Below are positions 47,501 to 58,700 of a DNA stretch of 64,000 bases, piece after piece (the stretch's first letter is position 1; each line of letters begins with the position of its first letter). The DNA lies in assembly GCF_001447785.1 (NCBI RefSeq), contig NW_015167529.1, positions 2,051,129 through 2,115,128 of the forward strand, written 5' to 3'. Under the pieces are notes generated by a model. The model saw only the letters and a program-made list of their open reading frames with translations, was not told where the DNA came from and did not search any database. Made by a program: the position numbers and the translations under genes. The DNA is from Gekko japonicus. Lineage: Eukaryota.

Positions 47501-50500
47501 CCAGAAGACTCTGCTGAAGTTTTAAGCTACATATACAAGGGGAAAAATATAAATATTTATATAAAATATAAATATCTATATATATATATTCTATTGATGC
47601 TGCCAAATAAACCTACTAGTAGTTTTTAAAAGCACAGAAGTACTGGCATGACTACGGCCTTAAGCAGAAACAGAGAGACATATTTTAATCACCTTTTTGA
47701 ACACAATCAGATAGTTCAGTTTACTACTGTACCACTACGTAATGATACCCCTTCCCCATGCTGGCATTAACTTTATTATTTAAACACTGACATATTAAAA
47801 ACCCATTAGCAAGCCAACTTCATTGATCCACAGTGGCTGACTACTCCACCACTTGCTCCATTATCACAACCAGATCTGAGGAGAGCTATTGCTTTGTTTA
47901 ATGATTTCTGGGGATCTGCTAAGGAGACCGATATTACAACTTGTGCAGAGGTCAGATCATTACTTGCTGAAAGCAAAAGTTGTGATACCTCCCTCCCTCC
48001 GTAAGGGCAGGGGAACAATTAGGATGGTCTGACCCAAGACTCTCTTTCAATGGACCTGAGTCAGCCGGTAGTTAAAGACTGGAACTTGAGTTAAAGGCAT
48101 CAGGGGCAACCTCTTGCCCAAGTTGTACAGACAGTTTCAGGTTAATTTCCCTGATCCATGTCAACAGAGTAGCTGGGGCTTCCTACATACTGGAGCCTTG
48201 TTGGTCCCAGCTATTAAAATCAAGAAAGTGGAAACTCCTATTTGGGGAAGATTAACAATGTGCTCCTTTTACCGGGGGGGGGGGTGTCCTTCAAAGCTGT
48301 GTAAAAGGCATGTGGACAACTATCGACCTCTGTCCAATCACTTATTTCTGGGCAGGGTGACTGAGTAGGTTGCAGCAGCTGTGAATGTTTTGAGCCAGTA
48401 TCTTCAGGCCATGCTCAAGTGGCTGATGGTAAACAAACTGAACCTTAATCCAGGCAAGAACAAGGGGATGGTGGTTGGGAAGGAAGAGTGTTGGCTGATA
48501 CTGACTTACTGACAAAGATGGAGTTAAGCTTTCCTTAGTAGATCAAGTTAAGAACCTGGTGACGCTCTTGGATAAACAGGTTGGCACTGTTGCTAGGAGT
48601 ACTGTTTTTCAATTAGGTCTAGTTTCCAAGTGGCACCTTATTTAGACTCTACTGTCCTAACCACACTGACCCACAGTACCATAACCTTCAGACTAGACTA
48701 CTCTAACATCTGCTATGCTAGGGTGCCTTTGAAGATATATCAGGAGTGAAGCATTAGCCCCAGTTACATATTTGAAAGCGGAGTATCTTGCAAGCGAAAT
48801 GAATGTGGTCTCTAGGTCCTATTCCGTGTACATCAAAAAGAATAATCTGCCTGGGGAAATAGTGGCTAGATTCTCTAAGCGACACGTGAGGGATTCTATC
48901 CTGAAAGCAACTACAGGAATACCCTTGAAAATCGGGAACAACACTATCAGGATTCTAAAAGACATTCCATTCAAAATAAGGCAAAAGAGAAAGAAATGTA
49001 AAGATTTAATCCTTTTTCTTCAAACAGCATTGTCTACAGATGGTTAATTCCAGAAGGAGTCATTTTAAAACTACAAGATAAAAAAGAAAAGATTGACTCT
49101 GTTTCCAAAGCACGTGAGTTCCTGAGAGTGCAACTGGGAGAGCCAGCCGAGGTACGGAAGGAAGAAGATGACAGAAAATCCAGTGGCAAATTGGACTCGG
49201 GGTCTTCCGATGAGGACTCTCTTTCTGATAAGGGGGCGGCTGCCCCCAAGCATACATATAAATTGAGGATCAGAAAAGATAAGACAAAATGAAGGCTGAA
49301 GGACTCTGAAGTGTGCCTTTAAACTTTAGTTTTATTGTGGGATGCTCTGGGGGTTCTCTTGAATGGTTAAAACTTTGGATAAAAAGATTTTTTAAAATTC
49401 CATAGACAACTATGTTCAAAGTAATATTAGCAATTTTACATTTATACAAGCTGTTGTGATGATCTCCTATTCTTGGGGTTTTAGTTAGTTGTGGTTTTCT
49501 TTCCTTTCTCCCTAGATGTAGTTACTCCTTCCCAATTTTTCGTTTTCGTTTGTAGTATATAAAAAAATGCAATAAAAAAATCCCCTCCGGGGACCAAAAA
49601 AAAAAGAAGAAGAAGAAGAAGAAGAAGATATATCAGAAGATATATCAACTGGTACAAAGATTCCTGTCTCAGATTAGCCACTTGGAATATATAACTCCAG
49701 CACTCCATCAAGAGCTCTGATACCTTAATTGCTTCTGGACCCAATTCACAGTCTAGTTATTACCTTGAAAGCCCTTTATGGCCTAGGACCATTATACATA
49801 TCAAACCTGGTTTACTCCTATGCAGGCCCATAATGAGGATTTTGTAGCTTGTGGGGTACATTTTCTTCTAGTGGCTGAAGTTCTCAATGAATAGGAAAAC
49901 CCTTTTTCTGCCTTAAGCAAATATAACTCTTTCACCACCACCAGTCCACCTGTCAATTTTGCTTCTTCCTCAGAGGTTTTTCCCTCTGTGTTATACACAA
50001 AGGGAAGATATTTTTGCTCCCTTTCATTGTATGGAAGAGAAAGGAAGGCATCATCAAGGACAATGAAGGAACCAAACTGTACCCTACCTTTATCCATTCA
50101 TTCTGAAGACCTACTTCCCCAGTTAGCCCACAGCTGTTAGAACTGGGTCATCCCAGTTGGCTCTGCCCTGTGTTTAAATAACAGGGACTGATAGGGTGGC
50201 CAACCTCCAGGTGGAGTCTGGAAATCTCCAGAATTACAAGTGATCTCCGGACTAAAGATGGTCCCCTGGAGAAAATGGCTGCTTTGATGGGTAGACCCAA
50301 TGGCATTATAACCCACTGAGGTCCTTCCCCTCTCTGCTCCACGTTTACAGCTGTTTTTTTTACCCTGAATAAAACACTGCTGATCTTAAATATGGGTGTC
50401 TCTCTCTCTCTGGCATGCACTCTCTGGCTCCCCCCCCCCCAAGTGTGCAGCACACAAAAGCTTATACCTGGCTTCTTCTCTCAGTGGGGTTCTTTAGAAA

Positions 50501-53500
50501 GGGTTTTCAAGGGGAAATCTTGTGGGGCTGTCCCTTTAAGAAGGGGGCAGAGCCCCGAATAACCCCACCGTAGCTACGGGCCTGCTCCTATGTGCAAACT
50601 GCACTTATCAGACAGCCTTCTCCTCATGGTTCCCTCTCTCATGGCTGTCCATTGGACAAAAGTCACATTATGGTCTTTCATTGTGCCATGACCATTCTTT
50701 CAGAACAGTTTACCAGAAAAGAAGAGGACACTTTCACCTTCTGGATTCAGAAATGTATCTAAAACAGTTTCATTTCAGAGGACATTTGGTAGTAGGTAAG
50801 TTGTTTTGCGGATCTAGTGGCTGCCATAAAACACTGAAATAGTGTGACCGATTCATATTGCTAGGCCTGTTTAAATTTTTTATCTGTACTTTGAGCATAT
50901 CCTTTATCCCAAACATCTCCTAATCTGCACATTTAATACGAAAACTTACCTTTGAAAATCTTCCTCAGAAATGACAAGGTTATATAGAAAAAAGGGATCA
51001 CTATCCTCAGTTAGTCGAACAATCAAATCCTAAAACACAAGAGTTCAATTTTTTTAAAAAAAACTATTAAACTAGCCAGAGCAATATATTCCCTATACAC
51101 TAATGCACTGAGTAACAACCTATTAAACATTTAGCAGAAGTGGCGAAAACTTCTATGTAATATATGCACAAGCTGTATCATGAAATTAAAAGAACAAATA
51201 TTATCTCTGAGGGCAGTGCTCTTTCCTAACGTTCCAGAAGAGACAGCAATGATGTAGAGACCATCAAAAATAACCCTTAGGGATTGTCTATAACCAGATC
51301 ACACTGCAGTTTTCTGGAGATGAGCTGAAAGTCTTCCGTAGAAGTATACTGCCTCCAAAAAGACTGTTGTTTGGCTAGGCTCTTTAGTTTGGTGGCAGCT
51401 GCCACATGAATCTACTTGCAGAAGTAAACAGGATCACATGCTGAAGCAACTACAGGAACCCTGTACAATAAAAACTAGACAAGACAAGCAAGGGACAACC
51501 CTTGAGATACAAACCTTTCTATGTATTGGATTTGAAGTTGACTGGAGCTCAATATTCACTCGAACATTTATTCGCCTGCAAAACAGACATATAACTATAC
51601 TCTTGCCAAATCATTATCAGCAACTTACTCTTCATGTTACTAAACAAAATACTCTATACTTTGGCTAAGATCTACAGGATCAACTTTTTACAGGAAGAAT
51701 TAAGCTAAGAACACTCTGCTACTAAAAGTAAGGACATCTAAAGTATTTAAATTACGCTGGATAGTTCTCTCAGCATTATGTTGTAAGGTCTAATTGTTCA
51801 AATTTGGAATAACACAAAATAGGTTTAGATAATAAGTACACTTCTATGTGCAGTGACTTGTAATTCCTACATGCCACTTTTAAACGTTACAACCATGTGT
51901 ACTTCATGCAATTATCAGGATTTAACACTGATCTTAAAAACAGATTGTAAATATCGGAACAGATCAAACTTAGCCCTCTTGCAAATAGAAGGCACTTCCA
52001 ATTCGTTTGTTCTTTGAGAGAGGCTAGAATCTTGGACTATCATCAGTTATAACAATCCAAGAGACTCAAGTCTCTGACACAGAGAATCACAACTGATCTG
52101 TGATACCAGCCATCTCTTTTCTCAGCTCCTCCCTCTTTCCCCTCCCTTTCTGTAATTTTCTGTGTAACAATGAGGAAAATTATTTTCTTTCTTTCTACTA
52201 CATCTGAGGAAGTGAGCTACAACTCATACTGGAATAAATATTGTGCCACTGGACTCATTCTGCTACAAAGGACTAACATGGTTACCCCACTGGAACTTCC
52301 AGTAACACAAAAGGGTAGAATCTATGATATCTGCAAATTTCCCATTCAGGCTACAGCAGCCCATGCCAAATTCTATGCCATCCCCTAGGGCCCCACTGCC
52401 TTACAGGAACGGTTTTTAGGGGGCACAGGAGACTGCAGGAGGAAATGGGGGAGTATCAGTTGCACTTAAACTTCTGCTTGAATTTCTTCAGATCCAGTAA
52501 GTTATTTATAGCGCAATCCTAAGGGGGGGCTGAAAGCACTCATAGAGCTGACTGTTCCGAACACTGGCTCATCTCCAAGACAGGCCCAGCATTGAGTTTG
52601 TGCAGGGGCGACACAAGCCATGGCCTCGCAGTACCATGGCCCCAGACATGCCATGGGGAAAAATCCCACAAAAGTTTCCTGGGAGAACTTTTTTTTGGGG
52701 GGGGGGGGTTTCAACCCAACACTGAGCTGTAAGCTTTGTCATTTGTCTGTTTCCCACCTTCGGCAGAGGACCGGGCATGTCGGTGGTTTTTTGTTTTTTT
52801 GGGTGTGTGTGTGTGTCTTGCAGCTACTCCCCTGTACATGATGAACCAGCTTGCCGGCAACCCTTTGACTCATTTCCTTGCAGGATCAGAGCCTTGAGCA
52901 GCAGCTGCAGGTGCTGCTGTGGATGGAAAGCCAGCAATCCCTAGAACTTTAACGCCTCAAGAGGAGCTTGTAGCAAACAGCCCCTCCAACATGGTGCTGC
53001 ATCTGCAGAGTCTGACAAAACAACACATCCATGTGTCCGGTTGTCATAGCTACATGTATCTCTGTTTTGCTTTCCTGCAGGTGACGGATCCAACAGGGAG
53101 ACCTGTGGGTGTGGCTTGTCCTGCCCCCCCCCCCCGCTCAGTCTGCTGTCCCAGCCCTCCTCTTGGAGTGGAGCGTTGCTCTTGGCGAGCCCTTCTAAGT
53201 TCCACCTGTAATGCCATCCCACTTAGACGCATGCCATGCTGCAGATCTTCAGTCCTCCTCCCCATAGCCCCATGGAGGTAGCGAATGGAGTCTACACACC
53301 TTGCCATGGTTTTCAGTTCAGTAAAGCCTGTGTTGTGCCACAATTTGGTCTCTCTCTGTTTGGTTCTGACTACATGACAGGAGCTCCGCACCCTTCCCTG
53401 CCCCACTTCCTCCCCACCCCATCCATGTCTCACCCTGAGGGCTACCCGATGACAATGATGGACTATACTTTTTAAGAAGCTTAGAAGTGCTGTACCAACA

Positions 53501-56500
53501 ACTAAAGGACTGTGAAGAGTTAATTCTTCACAGAGCCAGAGAGCCTTGAGTTAACAGGCTGCTCCAGGCAATCTAACTGGTTGGCATCAGCTGAGCACCA
53601 AAAAGGGAGAGGGCTGGATGCTGAGGAAAAGTATCTCAGATTCCTGCCTTTACTTTCAAGAGATGTGTACTGAGACCCTCTACAAATAGCCCTGTCAAAA
53701 AAGGGTTTAGTGCTGACAGAGTCAGATTTCTACCTTAACTGAACACAGTCTGAATTCAGCATAAACTGAGAGCAGTTGGGACAAAGACAGGAGTACTGGG
53801 AGGACAGTTTGGCAAGGAAGTATTAGTACAGAAGACTCCCATTCAGGCCAAAGGAAAGGGGATAGATCTTCTAGAGAGAGAAGATTCCCTACCCAGACAA
53901 ACAGAAAGAGTTATCTCTCAGAAATGCAGAGATCCCTGGTCTGGTGCGATTAGGAACTGCCTGTAGAGACCTCAAAAGTCAGTCAAACACTCAAGAAGAC
54001 TACCGGTGTTCCAAAGAGAAGGGGTATGGAGTACTGGGAAGAGGGTACCAGGCTTCTGGGCATCAAAAAGAGTCAGCTATTTTACAAATAAAGTGTATTA
54101 GAACCTCTCGTTAGCCTGATATATAAGAACCTGTAAAAAAAAAACCCTTGTGCTTGTAATAGTTTTACCTCAGTAATTTCAACTCCTGATTTCTCCTGAC
54201 CTTTCCCTTTGATGTTAAAATGAAACCTTTTGTTATTTTTGAATTGTAAAAGTCTCTCAAGTGCCATTTTCAAGGGTTTAAGTTAAAGGGTGAAACTATC
54301 CCTTCCCTCAAATTCCTGGGCTGAACAAATTGCCAAAATTTACCTTACTGACAGGGTGGGACAGACAAGGTTTCTTCAAGGGAAGAATAAACACATTACT
54401 AGGGCTGCTCGGTCAGTGAAGGGAAATAGAAAAAGAAGGAAAATCTTACCTCTGAGGGAGGGAAGTGGACGGAGTCTGTCATACATAGCTAGGAGGGAAG
54501 GCTCCCAAGTGTCTTGGGCATCTATGTATGGTTCTGCAGGTGCCACTTGTCATAGTTCTCTGCCAAACATAGAAGGGGTGCAGCAGCACCTCCAAACCTG
54601 ACTGAGCAGCAGGTCCCCTCCCTCACTTGTGGGCTACTGTGTGAAGGGGCCAGAGGGTGGTCCGGGTGAATGAGCCAGCTTGGTGTGGTGGTTGGAGTGT
54701 GAGACTTGATCTGAGAGACCCAGATTCCAATCCTCACTTGTACCATGGAAGCTCAGTGAGAGTAGCCTGGGGCCAGTTGCACACTCTCAGCCTAACCAAC
54801 TTCACAGGGTTGCTGTGAGCATAAAACTGAGGAGAGGGTAATGATGGAAGCCACTTTTGGTCCCCATGAGGGAGAAAATTGGGAAATGAATAGAGTGAAT
54901 GAATGAAGTTCTTAACTGTGTATCCACTCTAGGAAGGGGAGGGCTACTGTCACCCAGATGGATGCTAGACTCCAGCCCCTTGCCACATGACCCCTGATTG
55001 GTTCTGGTGACCATGTCCATCACAGTGCCACTGCCTTCACACAATACCTCCACTGACCACAGTGCCGCTAGGATCTGACTCACAGTTGTCATACCCAGTT
55101 TTTAATTCTAATGCATCTTTAAATGGCTACCATTTCCCTTAAATGACTACCATTTCCATAATTCTCATAAAAAACTAAAAAAAGTCCAAAGTGTTATTTG
55201 CATTTTCTTTCTCCTAAGCCACTTCCTTGTTAACTTGGGAACTACACAACTGCTAAATAGCCCACAAGAACGGGTTACCTAACCCTATACAAATTACTAC
55301 AACAGGTATAATGGCACTTATTCCAATATATACATGACCCCAATCACCCTGAACTCAGCAGAAGTATGCATTTCAGTTTTATATGTTTCCATTAGATTTA
55401 ATTAACACAAAGAACAAGCCTTGTTTGCCTGATCATATGACAACTACACCTAAACCATCACATAAGATAAGAAGTGATCACTACTCCTGTACATTTAATA
55501 ACTTCGCATAAGCTTCTCATGCCTTTACAGATGATCTAAATTCTGAAATATACTTTTCCTTATCATATGGGCAACATTTTTAGATACTATAATGCCCATA
55601 TATACATCTGCACTTGCTAACTGCTATGGCTTTTGGAGCTTTTAGTACAGTTGTCTAAAAATTATACATAACTGAAAGGTAATAATAGTAATAGTAGTAA
55701 AATAACCCCACATAAAAGTTCACACTTTTAAACTCTTAGTTATACAAGAGTTATAATTTTAGGACTCCACACATGTGCTGTGCCAAGCTTCGAACCCAGC
55801 CCTCTGAGTGACCTGTAGAGAGCCAGGAGACATCTAGAGCAACACTAGCAAGAAAACACACACTGAATCTGACAGATAGTGCTATACAGCCCATTGAAAG
55901 ACCTCTAAAGCAGCAGTGACAGCAGCAAAGAAATGTTACTTCACTGCCACCATTGCATCAGCTAAATTCACACAACCATGCCAATTGTTTAATGTAGCTC
56001 AGCATCTCCTCGCTCTTAAATCTGAGACTTTACTGTCTCAAGAACAGACAACTAGTCATACAGTCTTGCAAAGTTTTTTGCTGATAAAACAGTACAAATA
56101 CACTCTGATCTGGATGCCAGTTATAACACAGGTTAATCAGAAGAAATGCCTAATATGTCCCCAGGTCTATTCATGGACCATTTTGATCCAGTTTCCACAA
56201 AGTACGTTGACAGGATCCTGGGATCTGTGAAGGCCACAATGTGCCCTGGACCCTTGCCCATTCTACCTGCAAAAGTCATGTATGGACCACATCTACAAGC
56301 CCTTAGCATCTATCATAGATCAGTCACTAACACAGGGTATGTTCCCTTGGCCACTCAAAAAGGCAGTTATCTGTCCATTACTTTAGAAACTATGCCTACA
56401 AAAAAAAATGGTGTGGCCAATTATCATCCAGACTCTAATCTGCCCTTTCCGCAAAGTTCTATATCTCTGAATCACTGCCTATCTGCTGTGGTTAAATGGC

Positions 56501-58462
56501 TATGACTGAACAAACTGAAACGAAATCCTGACAAGACAGAGATAATGCTAGTTGAGAAAGCAGATATTTTAAAGGATGCTGTGCCTCCTACTTTCAGTGG
56601 GGTTCAGCTGACCCTTGCTGATTTGGTTAAGACCCTAGGAGTTTACTGGATTCAACATTAGTGTTGGAAAAACAAGTTAATGCGGCTGCAAATAATGCTT
56701 TTTTTTCTAGTCGAGAAGATTGCCGCTATTTATGACATGGTTGATCTGACCACCTGGCTCTATGCTGTGGTAACATCAAGACTAGACTGCTATTATATTC
56801 TACATAAGACTCCTCTTGAACTCAACTTAGAGATTCTGGCTGGTGCAGAATGCTGCCGATTGGTTATTATCATGAGCTAGATGGATCATGAATATTTACT
56901 GCCATTCTGGAGTCATTCTAACCAGTTACCAGATTCAATTCAACATATTGATCATCACATATAAAGCCTTTCGTGGCCTTAGTCCTGCGTATTTACAGGA
57001 CCGCTTCTCCCTCTATGCTCCACCATCACAGCTTCGCTCATCTGAGCAGGGCCTTCTGCAGGTGCTACCATGCAAATGGGCAAAATCAAAAACTGCTTGT
57101 ATACATGTATTCTCTGTTGTGGTCCCCTCCTTATGGAGAAGTATGCCTGATGCAAAACTAAATTATTCAGGAGGGCTTTTTTACACAGGTAATATGGCTG
57201 TAGTATAACAAAATGGTTCAGAAAGATGTTCTGGTAAAGGAATAGGGACCAATAATGATACTACTGTATATAATATGCACTGTCTGTTGCTGTATGTATG
57301 ATTCTACTATGTAATTTCTGCATCATTTAACACGTTATGTTAATGCTTATGCTTTATTTCAGCTCTGTTTTCCAATTTCTGCTTGGTTTCAGATTTCTGC
57401 TATCCAAAATCTATTACATTGTTTATTGGATGCCTCATCCTGTTGGTTTTATTGACTTAGACTTGTAATATGCCTTGAGTTTCAGTGATAAAGGTGGACT
57501 ATAAATAAATAAATAGATGATGATGACGATGATAATAATAATAATAATAATTTCCCACTTTTAAATGCCTTTGCAAATATTGGGGTAGAAGGGAATACAA
57601 TTGTTTTAAGTAAATTAAACAAAACATGCTACCTCCTCAAACTTTACAATGTAATCTCTACAGTTACTCCAGTGTGGACTTAGATTAAGATAACTCTACA
57701 TAGGATTGTAGTAGCATATCCTAATAGCCATACTTTCAACAACTACTCCTGAGAAAAAAGACCTGATCAAAACAAAACACTCACTCCTCTTTAAAGCACC
57801 CTGATAAGCTAAACGCCAATTATAGTTAATTAAGGGCTAACCAACCCTCATTGTATGTCGGGGTTCCTCAGTATCCTTTCTGTCCGGGCTCTGAAAATTT
57901 AACAGCTTGCACAACAGGCTTATATCTGACGGCGGAATTTTTGCCTGCCGTGCAGTTCTCCAAGAAACGGGGTCCTTTGGCCAAGACAAACGACAGCTTC
58001 ATATAAATTCAAGGCTACTGGAGGCCGTGTCGCTATTAAAAGCAGGCAGGAAAACGGGAAAGCAGCGGCACGTCTATCAACGGGACATGTACTGGAGAGT
58101 ACATACAGGAGTTGCCCTACTTTACACACCCGTCGCTTTCTAAGTGACCTTTGAAAGTTTTGGCCAGGGTTGGGTGGAGGAAAGTGACCCTTCCCCACCT
58201 CAAAGTTGCCCCACAGCCCCCTGCGGGCCCGACAGGGAACGGCCAACCGCCTGCCTTCCGGGCTGACAGGTCGCCGACTACGCCGAGAGGAGCCTTTGGG
58301 GCAGCCCCAGCGAGGGAAAAGGGGGCTCCTGTCCTTTCGTCTCAAGAGAACGAAGGCCTCAGGAGACCCTCTTTCTTCCGCGCCAGCCCCTTACCTCTCT
58401 TCGCAGCCCTGGCCCTTCACCTGCACCGGCACCAACCGGCTGAAAAGACTCTCCGACGCCAT
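38460..58462 (-). CDS. SASS6: SAS-6 centriolar assembly protein, complete, 17 coding exons, 649 aa
   Basis: complement join(58395..58462,51515..51575,50950..51029,47422..47526,46866..47037,46110..46187,45609..45728,45312..45503,44855..45049,44199..44288,43932..44111,42779..42860,42115..42236,41184..41309,40580..40674,38650..38744,38460..38548) = 1950 nt. Contains the head domain ([36 protein letters not shown]), a long coiled coil, a KEN box across exons 15/16 and a C-terminal SAYFPG*. Confidence 0.96.
38650..38744 (-). CDS. SASS6: SASS6 exon 16
   Basis: actag|[31 protein letters not shown]|gtagga. Confidence 0.94.
40580..40674 (-). CDS. SASS6: SASS6 exon 15
   Basis: aacag|[32 protein letters not shown]|gtgagt. 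Confidence 0.9.
41184..41309 (-). CDS. SASS6: SASS6 exon 14 (GC donor)
   Basis: tacag|[23 protein letters not shown]...QASGAK|gcaagc. Confidence 0.85.
41845..42066 (-). mobile_element. 5S rRNA-derived SINE (SINE3-type)
   Basis: 41976-42045 is the reverse complement of the 5S rRNA internal region (GGTCTCCCATCCAAATACTAGCCAGGGCCGACCCTGCT...GATCTGATGAGATCGGG); LINE-like tail with (ACC)n; TSD TCAGCCA(T/A)GTTT. Confidence 0.8.
42115..42236 (-). CDS. SASS6: SASS6 exon 13
   Basis: tgtag|[19 protein letters not shown]...RTGISPHNM|gtaatg. Confidence 0.94.
42779..42860 (-). CDS. SASS6: SASS6 exon 12
   Basis: ttcag|[27 protein letters not shown]|gtaatt. Confidence 0.94.
43105..43423. mobile_element. 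hAT-Charlie-like MITE
   Basis: Ends tggggt... and ...aacccctg; imperfect 8-bp TSD CTTTAGAT/CTCTAGAT (NTCTAGAN-type target). Confidence 0.7.
43512..43790 (-). mobile_element. tRNA-derived SINE (same family as 35273-35552)
   Basis: Reverse-complement homology with a (GAA) tail on +. Confidence 0.8.
43932..44111 (-). CDS. SASS6: SASS6 exon 11
   Basis: tttag|[33 protein letters not shown]...REKEQE|gtaag. Confidence 0.95.
44199..44288 (-). CDS. SASS6: SASS6 exon 10
   Basis: aaaag|[30 protein letters not shown]|gtttg. Confidence 0.92.
44855..45049 (-). CDS. SASS6: SASS6 exon 9
   Basis: gctag|[28 protein letters not shown]...DATHEQK|gttctc. Confidence 0.94.
45312..45503 (-). CDS. SASS6: SASS6 exon 8
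   Basis: tgcag|[15 protein letters not shown]...[10 protein letters not shown]|gtatga. Confidence 0.94.
45609..45728 (-). CDS. SASS6: SASS6 exon 7
   Basis: ctcag|[16 protein letters not shown]...EKEKCLQ|gtgtgt. Confidence 0.94.
46110..46187 (-). CDS. SASS6: SASS6 exon 6
   Basis: tatag|[26 protein letters not shown]|gtaac. Confidence 0.92.
46458..46750 (-). mobile_element. tRNA-derived SINE (same family as 35273-35552)
   Basis: Reverse-complement homology. Confidence 0.78.
46866..47037 (-). CDS. SASS6: SASS6 exon 5
   Basis: ttcag|FLLQLISSG...[35 protein letters not shown]|gtaag. Confidence 0.95.
47422..47526 (-). CDS. SASS6: SASS6 exon 4
   Basis: tgtag|[35 protein letters not shown]|gtgagt. 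Confidence 0.95.
48170..49830 (+). mobile_element. degraded L2-like LINE, host of the HAL1-like insertion
   Basis: NYRPLSN..FLG, LNLNPGK, VKNL...LD, RLDYSN, then QLVQ... resuming after 49636. Confidence 0.7.
48744..49623 (+). mobile_element. L1 ORF1-only retroposon (HAL1-like), 5'-truncated
   Basis: L1 ORF1 C-terminus (PGEIVARF...RDSIL...IRILKDIP...RKK; YRWLIPEG) with stop at 49290-49292, ~280 bp UTR, AATAAA at 49571, A10+(GAA)n tail, 13-bp TSD GAAGATATATCAG. Confidence 0.75.
50950..51029 (-). CDS. SASS6: SASS6 exon 3
   Basis: tttag|[27 protein letters not shown]|gtaag. Confidence 0.95.
51515..51575 (-). CDS. SASS6: SASS6 exon 2
   Basis: tgcag|[20 protein letters not shown]|gtttg. Confidence 0.93.
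54672..54907 (+). mobile_element. older tRNA/CORE-like SINE
   Basis: GAGCCAGCTTGGTGTGGTGGTT head, CTCAGCCTAACC...CACAGGGTTGCTGTGAG core, (TGAA)n tail; a related copy lies at ~59675-59850. Confidence 0.6.
55780..57514 (+). mobile_element. degraded L2-like LINE
   Basis: [52 protein letters not shown]; (AAAT)n tail at 57502-57514. Confidence 0.8.
58395..58462 (-). CDS. SASS6: SASS6 coding exon 1
   Basis: [23 protein letters not shown]|gtaag. Confidence 0.93.
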
Positions 58463-58565
58463 CTTACGCTTTGAGTTTGGCGCCGGATTCCCGCGGAGGG
58501 GAAGTTGAGGGAAGGGCTGAGCCGGCGGTGGAGGCAGGAGGAGCGCCTAGCGGCAGAGAGGCAAG
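58463..58565. promoter_or_regulatory. SASS6/TRMT13 bidirectional promoter core within a CpG island (~57900-58800)
   Basis: 103 bp between divergent ATGs. E2F-type TTTGGCGC at 58476-58483 and TTCCCGCG at 58488-58495; AAGATGGCG spans both start codons. Confidence 0.85.
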
Positions 58566-58700
58566 ATGGCGGAGGAGCCGGCGGCGTCCGTTTCCCCTCA
58601 GCCTGGGCGATGCGCTTATTTCGTGGAGCGGAAGAGGCGCTTCTGCAAGATGGTCCCGGCGCGCGGAAGGCGCTTTTGTGGGGAACACGCAGCCCAGGAG
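58566..58700 (+). CDS. TRMT13: TRMT13 exon 1
   Basis: MAEEPAASVSPQPGRCAYFVERKRRFCKMVPARGRRFCGEHAAQE|gtagtg. Confidence 0.92.

Noticed and set aside
53511-54363. Possible solo LTR (TG start, AG-rich body, AATAAA at ~54086)
   Set aside because: No convincing TG...CA boundary with a matching TSD could be fixed by eye; needs a repeat-library search.
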